A stretch of 63,695 nucleotides of DNA, the filler included, from Octopus bimaculoides (taxonomy: Eukaryota), in the NCBI RefSeq assembly GCF_001194135.2. It is 7 parts of 6 records of this genome, joined end to end, with 100 filler letters (N's around TTAATTAATTAA, not from the genome) between each part and the next. Parts side by side here need not be neighbours in the genome. Positions count along the whole stretch, not along the records: positions 35,502 to 46,763 come from NC_068981.1; positions 46,864 to 54,406 come from NC_069006.1; 5 more parts are not named here. One strand, written 5' to 3'. Of this stretch, positions 35,502 to 47,714 are shown in pieces. A program made the translations under genes and the position numbers. Positions within the stretch are counted from its first letter, which is position 1; each line of letters starts with the position of its first letter. The notes beneath the pieces were generated by a model. That model searched no databases. It worked only from the letters and a program-made list of their open reading frames with translations, and was not told the origin of the DNA.

Positions 35502-36090
35502 GATCTGCTGATATTTCTAGCATGTGGAGAGACCTAGGCTTAATTGTATGTGCTGTTTGAAAATCACCTAAAAGAGATTCTGGGGTCAATACATTCGGCT
35601 AAAAATTCTTCAAGGTGGTGCCCCAGCATGGCCACAGTCCGGTGACTGAAACAAGTAAAAAAAATTTTTAGAAAATAAAAAGAAAATGAAGAATAACCAA
35701 AAAAAATAAATAACCGAAGTGGGGGTTATAAAAAAATTCAAGTGATTTGACTATTATTTCTAGCATGTCATGAGACCTTCTAGGCTTAACTTCATACGAT
35801 GGTTGAAAATCATCTAAACAAAATTCTGGGGTCGATACAATCGACTAAAAATTCCTCAAGGTAGCGCCCCAGCATGTTCGCGGTCTAATGACTGCAACAA
35901 ATAAAACAAGAAAAACAAAAATGAATTATATCACAGAAGTGGTTTTGATCAAGCTTAAAAAGAAATTCTTGGTTCCATACAGCCATCTAAAAATTCTTCA
36001 AGGTGGCGCCCCAGGATGGTTGGCCACAGTCTAATTAACTGCAACAAGTTTTTAAAAATTCTGGGGTTCATACATTCAACTAAAAATTCT
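35502..36090 (+). repeat. Tandem array of 3-4 degenerate SINE family A 3'-end units
   Basis: TTCTGGGGTC.ATAC.TTC.ACTAAAAATTCTTCAAGGTGG.GCCCCAGCATGG recurs at ~35575, 35820, 35965 and partially at 36060. Confidence 0.7.
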
Positions 36091-36374
36091 AAACACAAAA
36101 AAATAACCGCAAAAATATAACCATGGAGCTTTTGTCCTAGGGGGCTTTTGTCCGGACCCCACATGTGAAAGAGATTATTAACTGTTATACATGTATACAT
36201 CAATTTATTCATTCCAAGGTGTGAATCATCCCGTGGTTCCTTATATATATTTCATGCGGCAAATTGCTATACATACACTCAGGAAAAATGCAAGAAGTGT
36301 TTCATGCTTTGACCTTCCACTCTTCTATGGAAAGGAATAAGGAGAGAAAACAGATGGAGAGCTTGCAGTTATTC

Positions 36375-36610
36375 TTTTACTTGTTTCAAGCGTTTGACTG
36401 CAGCCATGCTGGAGCACCACCTTGAAGGGCTTTTAAGTCAAACAAATTGACCCGAGGACATATATCTTAAGCCTAGTACTTATTTTATCGGTCTCTTTTT
36501 CCGAACTACTAAATTACGGGAATGTAAACAAACCAGCACCAGTTGTCAAGCGGTGATGGGGGACAAACACAGACACGAAGACACACACACACAGATATAT
36601 ACATACATAT
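36375..36610 (-). mobile_element. SINE family A 3' half
   Basis: Reverse complement of the family A tail. Confidence 0.7.
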
Positions 36611-36818
36611 ATACTAGCTTACAAGACACACTCCGTGCGGACTTTCGAGATAGTACCTCTGGTAGTCTAATTGGGTCTGTAGCCCAAAACCAAAGAGCGC
36701 AATAATGATAAAGCATTTATTAGTACCCTACCAATATAGCATTACTTTAAATTCAGTTTAAATGAAAAACTTGGAAGTTCACAAATTATGGATGTTCTTT
36801 ATAAAATTTGAATAGAAG

Positions 36819-37693
36819 TGTAGTGGCTTTATGCAGGCATGGCGGCGATTCGATCCTCGATAACTAAATTGCACTTAACAGTTCAACAGTGCTTTTCTCA
36901 CAGTAAAACAATAGTTTTTCTGTGAATGACAGCAGTTACATTTGCCAGATGCCTTCACTAAGCAGAATAATGTCTTTGCCACTTGACGCGTCTAACCTCT
37001 TCTAGGCCACCAAAAACTAGAATAGAGATAACAGGCTGCCAATGAAATTCATTGTTCTCAACAATATGTCTCTCCTTCTAACTAGTTTGGATAATTATAA
37101 ATACTAAAACCCCGTAGGAAAAAGTTAGTTGGCAAAAAGATGGCACAGAGGCGACCACAGGCAGAATCCAGTTAGTGAGAGCAACAGTTAGTGAACCGAG
37201 ACCAACTAAAGTCATGGCCACAAGCAGGCAACCACTAAAGACAAATGGCCAGGAGAAAGGTTACAATCAGCGACTATGAGACACAACTTCCCTCGACTCT
37301 AACTTTCACTAGCTCATTTTCTTTTCTCTTACAACTTCATTCTATCTCTATCTGTGGATTACTACTACAAGAATATGTACACACATACTGGCCGAAATTA
37401 ACTCATTTTATCTCGCATGTTTTTCCATTTACTAATTATACAAACCAACCCATCGTGGTTTTGGATATATACAAAGTAACGGTAAATAAATATTTCTTTA
37501 CAACTTCGTTCACTGCTCTTCTTCCATCTTGCACATCTGTAACAGCAACACCCGATACAATCACTAACTGCCGATTCCAACATATATCAATGCAAACCAT
37601 TACACTGGCAACCAACACCTGAACAACAACCGTTACAATTGGTGACCCTCGACTGCAATGAAGAACTAACCATTACAATTTGGTGTCCCCGAC
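36819..37693 (+). mobile_element. LTR (TGTAG...TTACA, 36819-37637) followed by tRNA-Trp-type primer-binding-site motifs
   Basis: Same TGTAGTGG start and ~230 bp of homology with the 19165 LTR. CCGTTACA is followed by TGGTGACCCTCGAC (37640) and again by TGGTGTCCCCGAC (37681), near-complements of the metazoan tRNA-Trp 3' end (PBS TGGTGACCCCGAC). Confidence 0.5.
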
Positions 37694-37889
37694 TGTTCTT
37701 CGTTCATCTTCCAAATGGCAAACAATGAATATCATTACCGCGACAAATGGTCACCCTGACTAGAAAGAACTACTTACCTTCTGATGTGACAAGAGCTGTT
37801 GCATATTGTTACAACTACTATAACAGGCATCGTTACAATTATTGACCACAGACTCCCATCTAAATAACCGTTACAGAAGGTATATTTTT

Positions 37890-38250
37890 CTTTTATTTCA
37901 GTCATTTGACTGCAGCCATGCTGGAGCACCACCTTTAGTCGAACAAATCAACCCCAGCACTTATTCTTTGTAAGCCTAGTACTTATTCATCGGTCTCTTT
38001 TGCTGAACAGCTAAGTTACGATGACGTAACCATGCCAACATCGGCTGTCAAGCGATGGTGAGAGGGACACAGACACACATATATATACATACGACAGGCT
38101 TCTTTCAGTTTCCGCCTACCAAATCCACTCCTAAGGCTTTGGTCGGCCTGAGGCTATAGTAGAATATACTTGCCCAAGGTACCATGCAGTGGGACTGAAT
38201 CTGGAACCATGTGGTTGGGAAGCAAGCTTCTTACCACACAGTCACTCCTG
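37890..38250 (-). mobile_element. SINE family A, full length
   Basis: Complete reverse-complement copy from head (CACAGTCACTCCTGC) to tail. Confidence 0.82.
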
Positions 38251-39439
38251 CACAATTTTTTTGAAGTTGTTGGTTATAGAATATGACAGTCTTAAATAGT
38301 TTAATTAGTTTATGATACTTGTGATTATGGTAGAAGTGTTTATCGAGTATTCTGAAAAAAAAATTTGGCAACTGGTGTGGTGACTTGTATGTTGAAGTTT
38401 CCTTTTTCTGTTCTTACATTTTATTTATTTTGGTGTGGTGTTTGTTATTTTACTTTTTCCTTATAACCACTATTACTGAGAACTTCGTTATAAGGAGCTA
38501 CTTTTTTGAGTATTTTCTCATTAGAAGAAAATCTAAGAGATATGTTCCTAATTAGACTTTTAATTATGCTTTTGGGATGGTTAGATTGTCTCTGAATATA
38601 CTGGATTTTGCTGTCTTTCTAGTAGGCATTGTAGATGCTGAATTCTTGAGTCAAGTGAAACATCAAGGCAATTGGCAAATTTTAGTTGTGTCCTACAGTA
38701 ATGAAAAAGCCAAAATTTTTCAAGAGAAGATAGTTATTTCCCAAAAATATCAGTTTTAGACCATATATATATATATATATGTACACACACACACACATAT
38801 ATATATGCACACACACACATATATATATATAGATATATATATAAATACACACACACACACATATATATATATATAGATATATATATAAATACACACACAC
38901 ACACATATATATATATATAGNNNNNNNNNNATACATACATACATATACATACATATATATACACACAAACACACATACATGCATACATACATATATACAC
39001 ACACATACATACAGATATATGTATATAAATGATGAGCTTCTTTCAGTTTCCACCTACCACTCGCAAACCTTCATTCAACCTATGGCTATAGTCAAAGACA
39101 CTTGCCAGCGGTACCATATTATGAGATTAAACCTGCAATTCTTAACTACATGGCCATATAGAACATAAAATAATACTAAATAAGAACTTAATTCTTGCCT
39201 AATAACTGCCACTAGCTTAATATTAAATTCTACAGATAATTATGAGAGAAGTGGGGAGAGAGAAGTTTAAATGTAGAAGCCTTGTACATACATATAAATT
39301 TTTGTAATTAGGGATACTTCAGTTCTTTTTGCATAAAGTCTCATTTGTGTTTTTACAATAAACCCGACATGCTGTGTAAAGTAGTTGGTAACAGGGAGTG
39401 TATCCAGTTGTAGAAAACACCAAAATGTGAACAGCTGTA

Positions 39440-39675
39440 TGGTAAGTAGCTTGCTTACGAACCACATGGTTCAGGGTTCAGTCCCACTACATGGCACCTT
39501 GGGTAAGTGTCTTCTACTATAGCTTCGGGCCGACCAAAGCCTTGTTAGTGGATTTGGTAGACAGAAACTGAAAGAAGCCCGTCGTATATATGTATATATA
39601 TTTATATGTTTGTGTGTCTGTGTTTGTCCCCCTAACATCGCTTGACAACCAATGCTGGTGTGTTTATGTCCCCCG
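39440..39675 (+). mobile_element. SINE family A, cut by a gap
   Basis: Family A head and body. Confidence 0.78.
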
Positions 39676-42600
39676 NNNNNNNNNNNNNNNNNNNNNNNNN
39701 NNNNNNNNNNNNNNNNNNNNNNNNNNNNNNNNNNNNNNNNNNNNNNNNNNNNNNNNNNNNNNNNNNNNNNNNNNNNNNNNNNNNNNNNNNNNNNNNNNNN
39801 NNNNNNNNNNNNNNNNNNNNNNNNNNNNNNNNNNNNNNNNNNNNNNNNNNNNNNNNNNNNNNNNNNNNNNNNNNNNNNNNNNNNNNNNNNNNNNNNNNNN
39901 NNNNNNNNNNNNNNNNNNNNNNNNNNNNNNNNNNNNNNNNNNNNNNNNNNNNNNNNNNNNNNNNNNNNNNNNNNNNNNNNNNNNNNNNNNNNNNNNNNNN
40001 NNNNNNNNNNNNNNNNNNNNNNNNNNNNNNNNNNNNNNNNNNNNNNNNNNNNNNNNNNNNNNNNNNNNNNNNNNNNNTTACACAAATGAACACATAATGA
40101 ACAAAAGCAATAAACAATGGAATATTGTTTAAAACATTTGCACTGTGTTTTAAACAACCAACAGCAACACAAAACAAAAAATAAGTAAAGCAAAAACTGG
40201 GGGATTTTTTAATGATTTTTAATGAGAAAATATGTAGATTTATTTACTTGTACACACAAGTATTTCTAACTCATGGCATTTTTTTAACAAAAAAGGAAAG
40301 AAAAAAAGAAAAAATATATTTTTTTATTAGAAAAAATGTCATTTTTTTTTTATGGAAAGGGATATTGCTGTGTGAACTGGACAATATTTCTGATTTACAT
40401 TTCAGTATTGTCACAGTATTTCAGAAGAAATTAAATTATAGAATGTAAAGAAAATTTTTAACATTGTGCATATGCAGGTGCATATTTAGGTTAGCAATTA
40501 TTTAAGGTTTCAGAAGGAAGTGATGAATTCATAATTTAATATCCCATTTTCCTATTTCTCTTAAAACATCACCAATATTCAATTAAAATTTACTCCTTGC
40601 CAATATTGTCTTTTTTTCTTTTAAATAAATTTCTTTTATTTTACAATTTTCTCTTTAGCTCTAAGTCTTTTCTCATATAACTATTTAGTCAAATCCTTCA
40701 CTCACTAAAATATCTTCTTTAATCCTCCTCTAACCATTCTCTTGCTTTAATGCCATTTCTATCCAGCCTCTGCTAATCTCTTCCATGCACATCCCTGTTC
40801 ATCACATACATAGGTTTCACACTATATGCTTATATAAGTCATGGATTGGCAGTATGAGTCACCTCCAATTTAGTTCAGGTATGTGATGTTGATAAGCCAC
40901 AAAATTGACGAAACAGATGTCCAACACTCCTGAATGAAGTCCAGGGCGAGTTGTTTTGCCTGTCCATGACTCACAGGTGTTTTAACACCTGGCTCATCAC
41001 AGCCTACCAGCAAATATATATAACATATACATTAAGTATATGTGATCAATAATGTTTTTCGCACCAGTGCTGCTTCTATTTCATATTTGAATAAATATAT
41101 ACATACACACACACACATATATATAATGTATATATAATTTATATAAGGGCATTACTATACAATAACGTTATTGTATAGTAATGCCCTTATATAAATTAAA
41201 TATATTTATAGGGATAAAAGATGTTTTTTTTTCCTCCCTTATGAGGTTTTTTCATGCTAACTACTTGATAAATTCTTATAAAGACTTTATCCTCTTATTG
41301 AATTATAATGTACATATATATATATATATAAGCATTTGTGTTGCCTTATATACTGTTATCTAACCCTTTTTTATTACTTTTGGCCTAACTTCTCTAACTG
41401 AAGCTTAGAGGATCTTGTACCAACTTTAAAACGAATACTAGTATACAGATCAGTAAAATCAAATTACATGTTGTTCAGTCAGCAGTTTTATAACAAGGAG
41501 AAAACTTCAGTCAGTTTGTCTGATCAACACTAATACAAAATTGGAGATTAACAAATAAAGATAACCTTCCATTCAGGATTTGCAAGCACCAACTCCTTGC
41601 TAGACAGAGTTAGTCATACAATAATGACAATTCATTTTTTAAAAATTACCTCGAAGTGACCACACATATTTCTCTGATTAGCAGCTGGATTACATAATTA
41701 TTTATCAATTCTTGGCCATGCTTTATTAACTAATTTATTACCTGTTATGGTCTTCATCTTAAGATATTTTGCCCTATCAACAGAAACATATCAGTTCAAT
41801 GAAATATTGAATACATTTTGAAGGCAGTGCCCCAGCATGGCCATAGTCCAAAGACTGAAACCTAGTAAAAGGATAAAATACATACATATACATAATATGT
41901 ATAAGTAACAACAAAAGGACTTATGATATTGTTTATAAAAAGTTTTTTCCTTGCTTTATCTTATTTTTTTGTTATAAATTTCAATAAATTTGAATATTGG
42001 AACAGGACACAGATGCAAAATTTACACTTTTATTTTTCCATTGGTCCCAATATTGATATGATGACATTCACACAGTTTACATTGGTGATTTTTGGAAATA
42101 AAACCAAATGTTACAATCTCAAATAGTACAAAAAAAAAAGAGAGAAAAAGAAAAACAAATGAAAATATGGAAAGGTGACATTCAATTTTTGTCATTTTAT
42201 TNNNNNNNNNNNNNNNNNNNNNNNNNNNNNNNNNNNNNNNNNNNNNNNNNNNNNNNNNNNNNNNNNNNNNNNNNNNNNNNNNNNNNNNNNNNNNNNNNNN
42301 NNNNNNNNNNNNNNNNNNNNNNNNNNNNNNNNNNNNNNNNNNNNNNNNNNNNNNNNNNNNNNNNNNNNNNNNNNNNNNNNNNNNNNNNNNNNNNNNNNNN
42401 NNNNNNNNNNNNNNNNNNNNNNNNNNNNNNNNNNNNNNNNNNNNNNNNNNNNNNNNNNNNNNNNNNNNNNNNNNNNNNNNNNNNNNNNNNNNNNNNNNNN
42501 NNNNNNNNNNNNNNNNNNNNNNNNNNNNNNNNNNNNNNNNNNNNNNNNNNNNNNNNNNNNNNNNNNNNNNNNNNNNNNNNNNNNNNNNNNNNNNNNNNNN

Positions 42601-43512
42601 NNNNNNNNNNNNNNNNNNNNNNNNNNNNNNNNNNNNNNNNNNNNNNNNNNNNNNNNNNNNNNNNNNNNNNNNNNNNNNNNNNNNNNNNNNNNNNNNNNNN
42701 NNNNNNNNNNNNNNNNNNNNNNNNNNNNNNNNNNNNNNNNNNNNNNNNNNNNNNNNNNNNNNNNNNNNNNNNNNNNNNNNNNNNNNNNNNNNNNNNNNNN
42801 NNNNNNNNNNNNNNNNNNNNNNNNNNNNNNNNNNNNNNNNNNNNNNNNNNNNNNNNNNNNNNNNNNNNNNNAAAAAAAAAAAAAAACTGAATGCTTTCTT
42901 TTCTCGATATGCCATTAATTAAAAAAATAAAAGAAAACAATTTCATGATATGCTTTTCGTGTGTGTATGTTTTGGCTTCCATTCTAATAAAGAATGAAAA
43001 TATGTTTATCTTTCGATTCCTTAACTCTTTTTCTTTACTTAATTTAATTTATGTCATGTCTTATTGAAAAGAAATCTATATTAAATATAAAAACAGAAAA
43101 AAAAAATAATAATATATACTTTTTCTTAAAAATTGAGCAAACACTGCTAAGAAAACAAAAGGGAATTACTTGAAAAAAAAAAAATATCAGATAAATACTA
43201 ATTTTAAATTCTGCGAATAAAAGCTTTTTCTTCATAAAGAATGAGAGATCAACCAGAAAATAATATTCAATAATATTAAGGTGATTTGGCTGTTGTCATT
43301 TATATGAGTTTACAACAGATTTCAATGACGTTAAGAATAACAATGGAACAGCAGTACTAACCAGGTACCTAAAAACAGCTGCGCAAAAGTTGGCTTGTTA
43401 CTCTAGAATTACTTGTCTCCAACATGGTACAGCAGAAATTTTCTGACATCAGTGATTGATATGTTCGCTGTTGTTTCTTAGTTAAACATTTTAAATAGAT
43501 TCAGAGACTCGC

Positions 43513-43544
<32 letters not shown>

Positions 43545-43606
43545 TGCCAAACATTCTGACCAAGTAAGCTGATATGCAATGTCATGCAACTGTTATCTGG
43601 ATGGCT

Positions 43607-43782
43607 TCAGGATCGGCTCATCTTTCTTAGGATGGAATACAGACTAAGACAGCTGCCAACAAGACCAAACAATGCAATAAACACATTCTTGATTATTACT
43701 TTAACAGACAATTTTTTCCACCAGAGAGACAATTCAAAGATGCAGGGCAGGATAAACAAGAGAAGCGTCCCTCCAATTGAAC
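43607..43782 (-). CDS. Terminal coding exon of an amino-acid transporter (Aa_trans/PF01490; SLC36/SLC38/SLC32-like)
   Basis: Acceptor TTTTGTATCTCTATTCAG, phase 1, then (G)SIGGTLLLFILPCIFELSLWWKKLSVKVIIKNVFIALFGLVGSCLSLYSILRKMSRS*. This is the GS...L.FILP...L / I..FG..G..G.Y pattern of the last two TM helices in this family. Upstream exons were not identified. Confidence 0.78.
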
Positions 43783-46721
43783 CTGAATAGAGATACAAAA
43801 AAAAGGAAATATTATTGAATATTTTTTGTTTTCCTGTTTTTGTAAGAATGTTATGAAGTATCTGAAATTAAAAGAAGTAAATGGTTGAAATTGGTAGTGA
43901 AATACAAAATAATTGATGTCCTATGTAAATAAGTCCCAATGTCCAAAGTTGGAAATGAAAAAAGCCATGCCATAGACTGAATAAATAAATCAATTTCCAA
44001 TAGAATCCAATTATTTATTGTTACACACACGCATGAACAAAGATTTATTTATTTAGCTACATGTTTTGGTGAGTCTTCAATTGCTTTATTTCTAATTATT
44101 ATGTATATTGCTGAAAACATTCAAGACTTCATAATATATGTATGTATGTATTGGCATAAAAAAGTTCTTAAAAACAGTAACATAAACAATACAACAGGTT
44201 TTCATGTTGTTACATCACTCAAAGTAAATACACACACACACATCTCTCTCTCTCCTTCATCATCATCATCATCGTTTAACGTCCGCTTTCCATGCTAGCA
44301 TGGGTTGGACGATTTGACTGAGGACTGGTGAAACCGGATGGCAACACCAGGCTCCAATCTAATTTGGCAGAGTTTCTACAGCTGGATGCCCTTCCTAACG
44401 CCAACCACTCAGNNNNNNNNNNCTCCAATCTAATTTGGCAGAGTTTCTACAGCTGGATGCCCTTCCTAACGCCAACCACTCAGAGAGTGTGGTGGGTGCT
44501 TTTACGTGTCACCCGCACGAAAACGGCCACGCTCGAAATGGTGTCTTATGTGCCACCCGCACAAGAGCATGTGTGTATACATAACACACACCACAAACAC
44601 AGTTGCATGGTTAAGAAGTTTGCTTCCCAACTACAATGATTCGGGTTCAGTTCCACTGCGTGGCACCTTGATCAAGTATCCCCCACAATGGTCCCAGGTT
44701 AAACAAAACCTTGTGGATTGAGGAGACAGAAACTGAAAGAAGCTTGTCGCATATATGTGAGTGAATGCATGTTTCTGCTTCCTCATCTTAATATTGTGTG
44801 ATAGTTGTAAACAAGTGTCACCATCATTTTCTTTATGTTGCTAATTTGCTAATACTATTAACAAAGGATTATATATTAGATCCAAATGATTATGATGTAT
44901 TTGTATCTGTAGAACTGCTGTTGAATGGAAGTTTAAAAAATACAGCATTATGACTAAGATTAGACTGTATAAAAGTAATGCCGAATTTGTCCTTACATAT
45001 AGTCTCTTTATCTCCTACACCCCATACAACCTTGCAACCCACCTCCCAACTTCTGCTCACCTCATGCCTTGAAAGACCACCTGGACACCTCATCTTTGCT
45101 GTTCGTATTGATCATTTTCTCATACCCCTATGAAATGTGAGTAACCATGCAGATATTCTACAAGAACCTGTTCAGTTCTGACCCCATTTTCTCTCATAAT
45201 TTTAAATCTGACTTCCCAATCCTTTGGGGGTCATAGTCTTGCAAGCTGCATGACAACCTCAATATTGGCATGAAAAAGCAAAAAACACCCAGTACACGAT
45301 GTAAAGTGGTTGGCATTAGGAAGGACATCCAACCATAGAAACCATGCCAAAGTAGACATCGGAGCACAATATAGTTGTTGGATTAAACGGATCTGTTGAA
45401 CCATCCGATGGAACATAGACATTACATGAGGATTATGATGTTATTCAAATTCATTAACATTTTCTATACATCACTGTAATTTAATAATGTAATTTCCACA
45501 TTATACTTCATTAATATTCATTACTAAATACTTTTGAGGTGTCAAACAAGTCTTTCTCAACTAACAAACCTATGAAGGCCAATGCACCAAACAAATCAAT
45601 ACCAAGAGATTTCGAGATAATTCTTTATTCATGCAAACATGCTTTTGTCTCTCTTAAGTTAATATTTCTTTATTTAGTATAAATTCCCAAATTACATTTC
45701 TTTCATTAACAGTCACTAACACTTAAAGATGTCAAGTAAATATGTGCTGCCATCAGCTCCCAAGACTACAAAACTCAAGAAACGTAGCTTTATGTTAGCA
45801 GGTTTCTTGCAAAAGGTGGGCTACATGACAACCCATATTATAGAAGAGAGGGTGGGAAGTAATTAGGGTGAAGCAAGGAAGAGATGAAAAAAGTGGTGAA
45901 GAGGTGTCTAGGTGAACCTCAAGTTATGAGGTGAGTAGAAGTGAATGGAAGCAGAAGAACTGGGAGTATAGGTGGGTAAAGTTTGCAAATGTGTAAGGTG
46001 GGAGATGGGGGAATAAGGATTGGGGTGAATATGATGAATGAAGAACAGGGAGCGAATAACAAGTAGGGAAGAATAGGTTTCAGGTGCAAAGATTGGATAG
46101 GTTTCACTTCCCAACTATGTGGCTTCAGGTTCAGTCCTACTGTGTGCTACCTAGAGCAAGTGTCTTCTAGTAACCATGGATTTGTAACTAGAAATGGAAA
46201 GAAGTCTGTTGTGGTGAGACAGGAATAGACACCCCCATACAGGAATAGACGGAACCACTACATATAAATAGTAGTGGTCTGATGTAGTTGGCAGTTCATA
46301 ATTTGGTCTTTGAAGTTCAGGTACAGTTTACAGTTCAAGTTAGTGTGTTGGAAATATTGATTGTTATAATACTGTTACAGTGTATTCTTTATCTATCATC
46401 AACAATATCAACTGTACTATGATACTGGAGGCGTAAAGATATAACAAATTTCTTCATGTATGTGCATGTGTGTGTGTGTGTGAGTTTGCACATCACTCAT
46501 CTTAATGTGTTTGCTGCCAGTAAAATCCTACATCATGTGGAGAGAGACAGGAAGCATGAGAAAAAACTGGTCTTCACAGAAAAACCATGCCTTGGTCTGC
46601 CCTGCTTTATTCTGACTAACAGAGACCTTAAACACACATACTCATATTCTTTTAATCTTTATTCTTTCACTTGTTTCAGTCATTTGTCTGATAGGAGAAC
46701 AAACACAGACAGACACACACA

Positions 46722-46763
<42 letters not shown>

Positions 46764-47131
46764 NNNNNNNNNNNNNNNNNNNNNNNNNNNNNNNNNNNNN
46801 NNNNNNNTTAATTAATTAANNNNNNNNNNNNNNNNNNNNNNNNNNNNNNNNNNNNNNNNNNNNAAAAAAAAAAAAAACTGACAGCCCCCTCCTTCTCTGA
46901 TGCCCTTTCAACTACAACCACAACCACACATGCTAAAAATTGTTGTTGTCATTATCATCTGCTCTTTTCTCTTTTCTCACCTGGTAAATATTTTAATCTA
47001 CAACACAGGTATGTCTTTTCCTTTGTCTTCGTTTTAACATTGCTAAAACAAAGAGTTATTAATGTTTTTATGGAACTGCTTATTACCATTATTAAAAGAC
47101 AGAGAGAGAGAGAGAGAGAGAGAGAAAGTGA

Positions 47132-47677
47132 CAGAGCAGTGCATGCCACCAAAGTGACACCGGTATACAAATATACGAAGCCCAATATACCCATCATGGT
47201 TACCCCTCTGATAAGGGTACACCAGGCACATGCATCGCAACCATATGTTTGCTTCATGGTGATCTCGTATCAAAATAAACAGTGCATGACCTCGCAGGTG
47301 GGGCCTAGTTAAAATTGTGTTCAAATTGAGTAGTCCATCCTGCTCAAAAGGTCCCTAAATAAGGGTTGTTTAAGGATGATGAACAAAACACCCATGATTC
47401 CAAGGATGAATTCTTCAAACCCCAAAGAATTCCTCGCAATACATGGCTATGATGCTCCCCCACTACTTCTGCTCATGATCAGAGATGCACATATCATCAG
47501 CCACCAAGGGACATGCTCAACTGGTTAAGATCAAACAACTGACAAGCAAATCTGTGGCATTGAGCAGAATATTTGCTGTAGCCCATCTTTTATACCAAGA
47601 CGAAACAATTTACATAACACTTCCAATCAGTTAAGATCATAAGACATGAGAGCCACTGCCTGGTACTGCATCCGGGC

Positions 47678-47680
<3 letters not shown>
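47132..47680 (-). mobile_element. Short non-coding element sharing the R4/Dong-like 5' UTR, abutting (TTA)n; candidate non-autonomous derivative
   Basis: 47233-47670 aligns with 30612-31021, then diverges exactly where the long copy heads toward its ORF. The right end GGGCATT runs into (TAT)n. Confidence 0.6.

Positions 47681-47714
<34 letters not shown>

Noticed and set aside
38621-38759. Possible plus-strand terminal exon VGIVDAEFLSQVKHQGNW...
   Set aside because: The acceptor is plausible but the peptide is unrecognised and has no partner exons.
40975-41757. Chain of putative minus-strand micro-exons spelling EDHNREICVVTSSKELVLANPEWKAVMSQVLKHL
   Set aside because: Requires 50- and 68-nt introns and hand-picked splice sites, and matches no recognisable protein; likely pattern-fitting.
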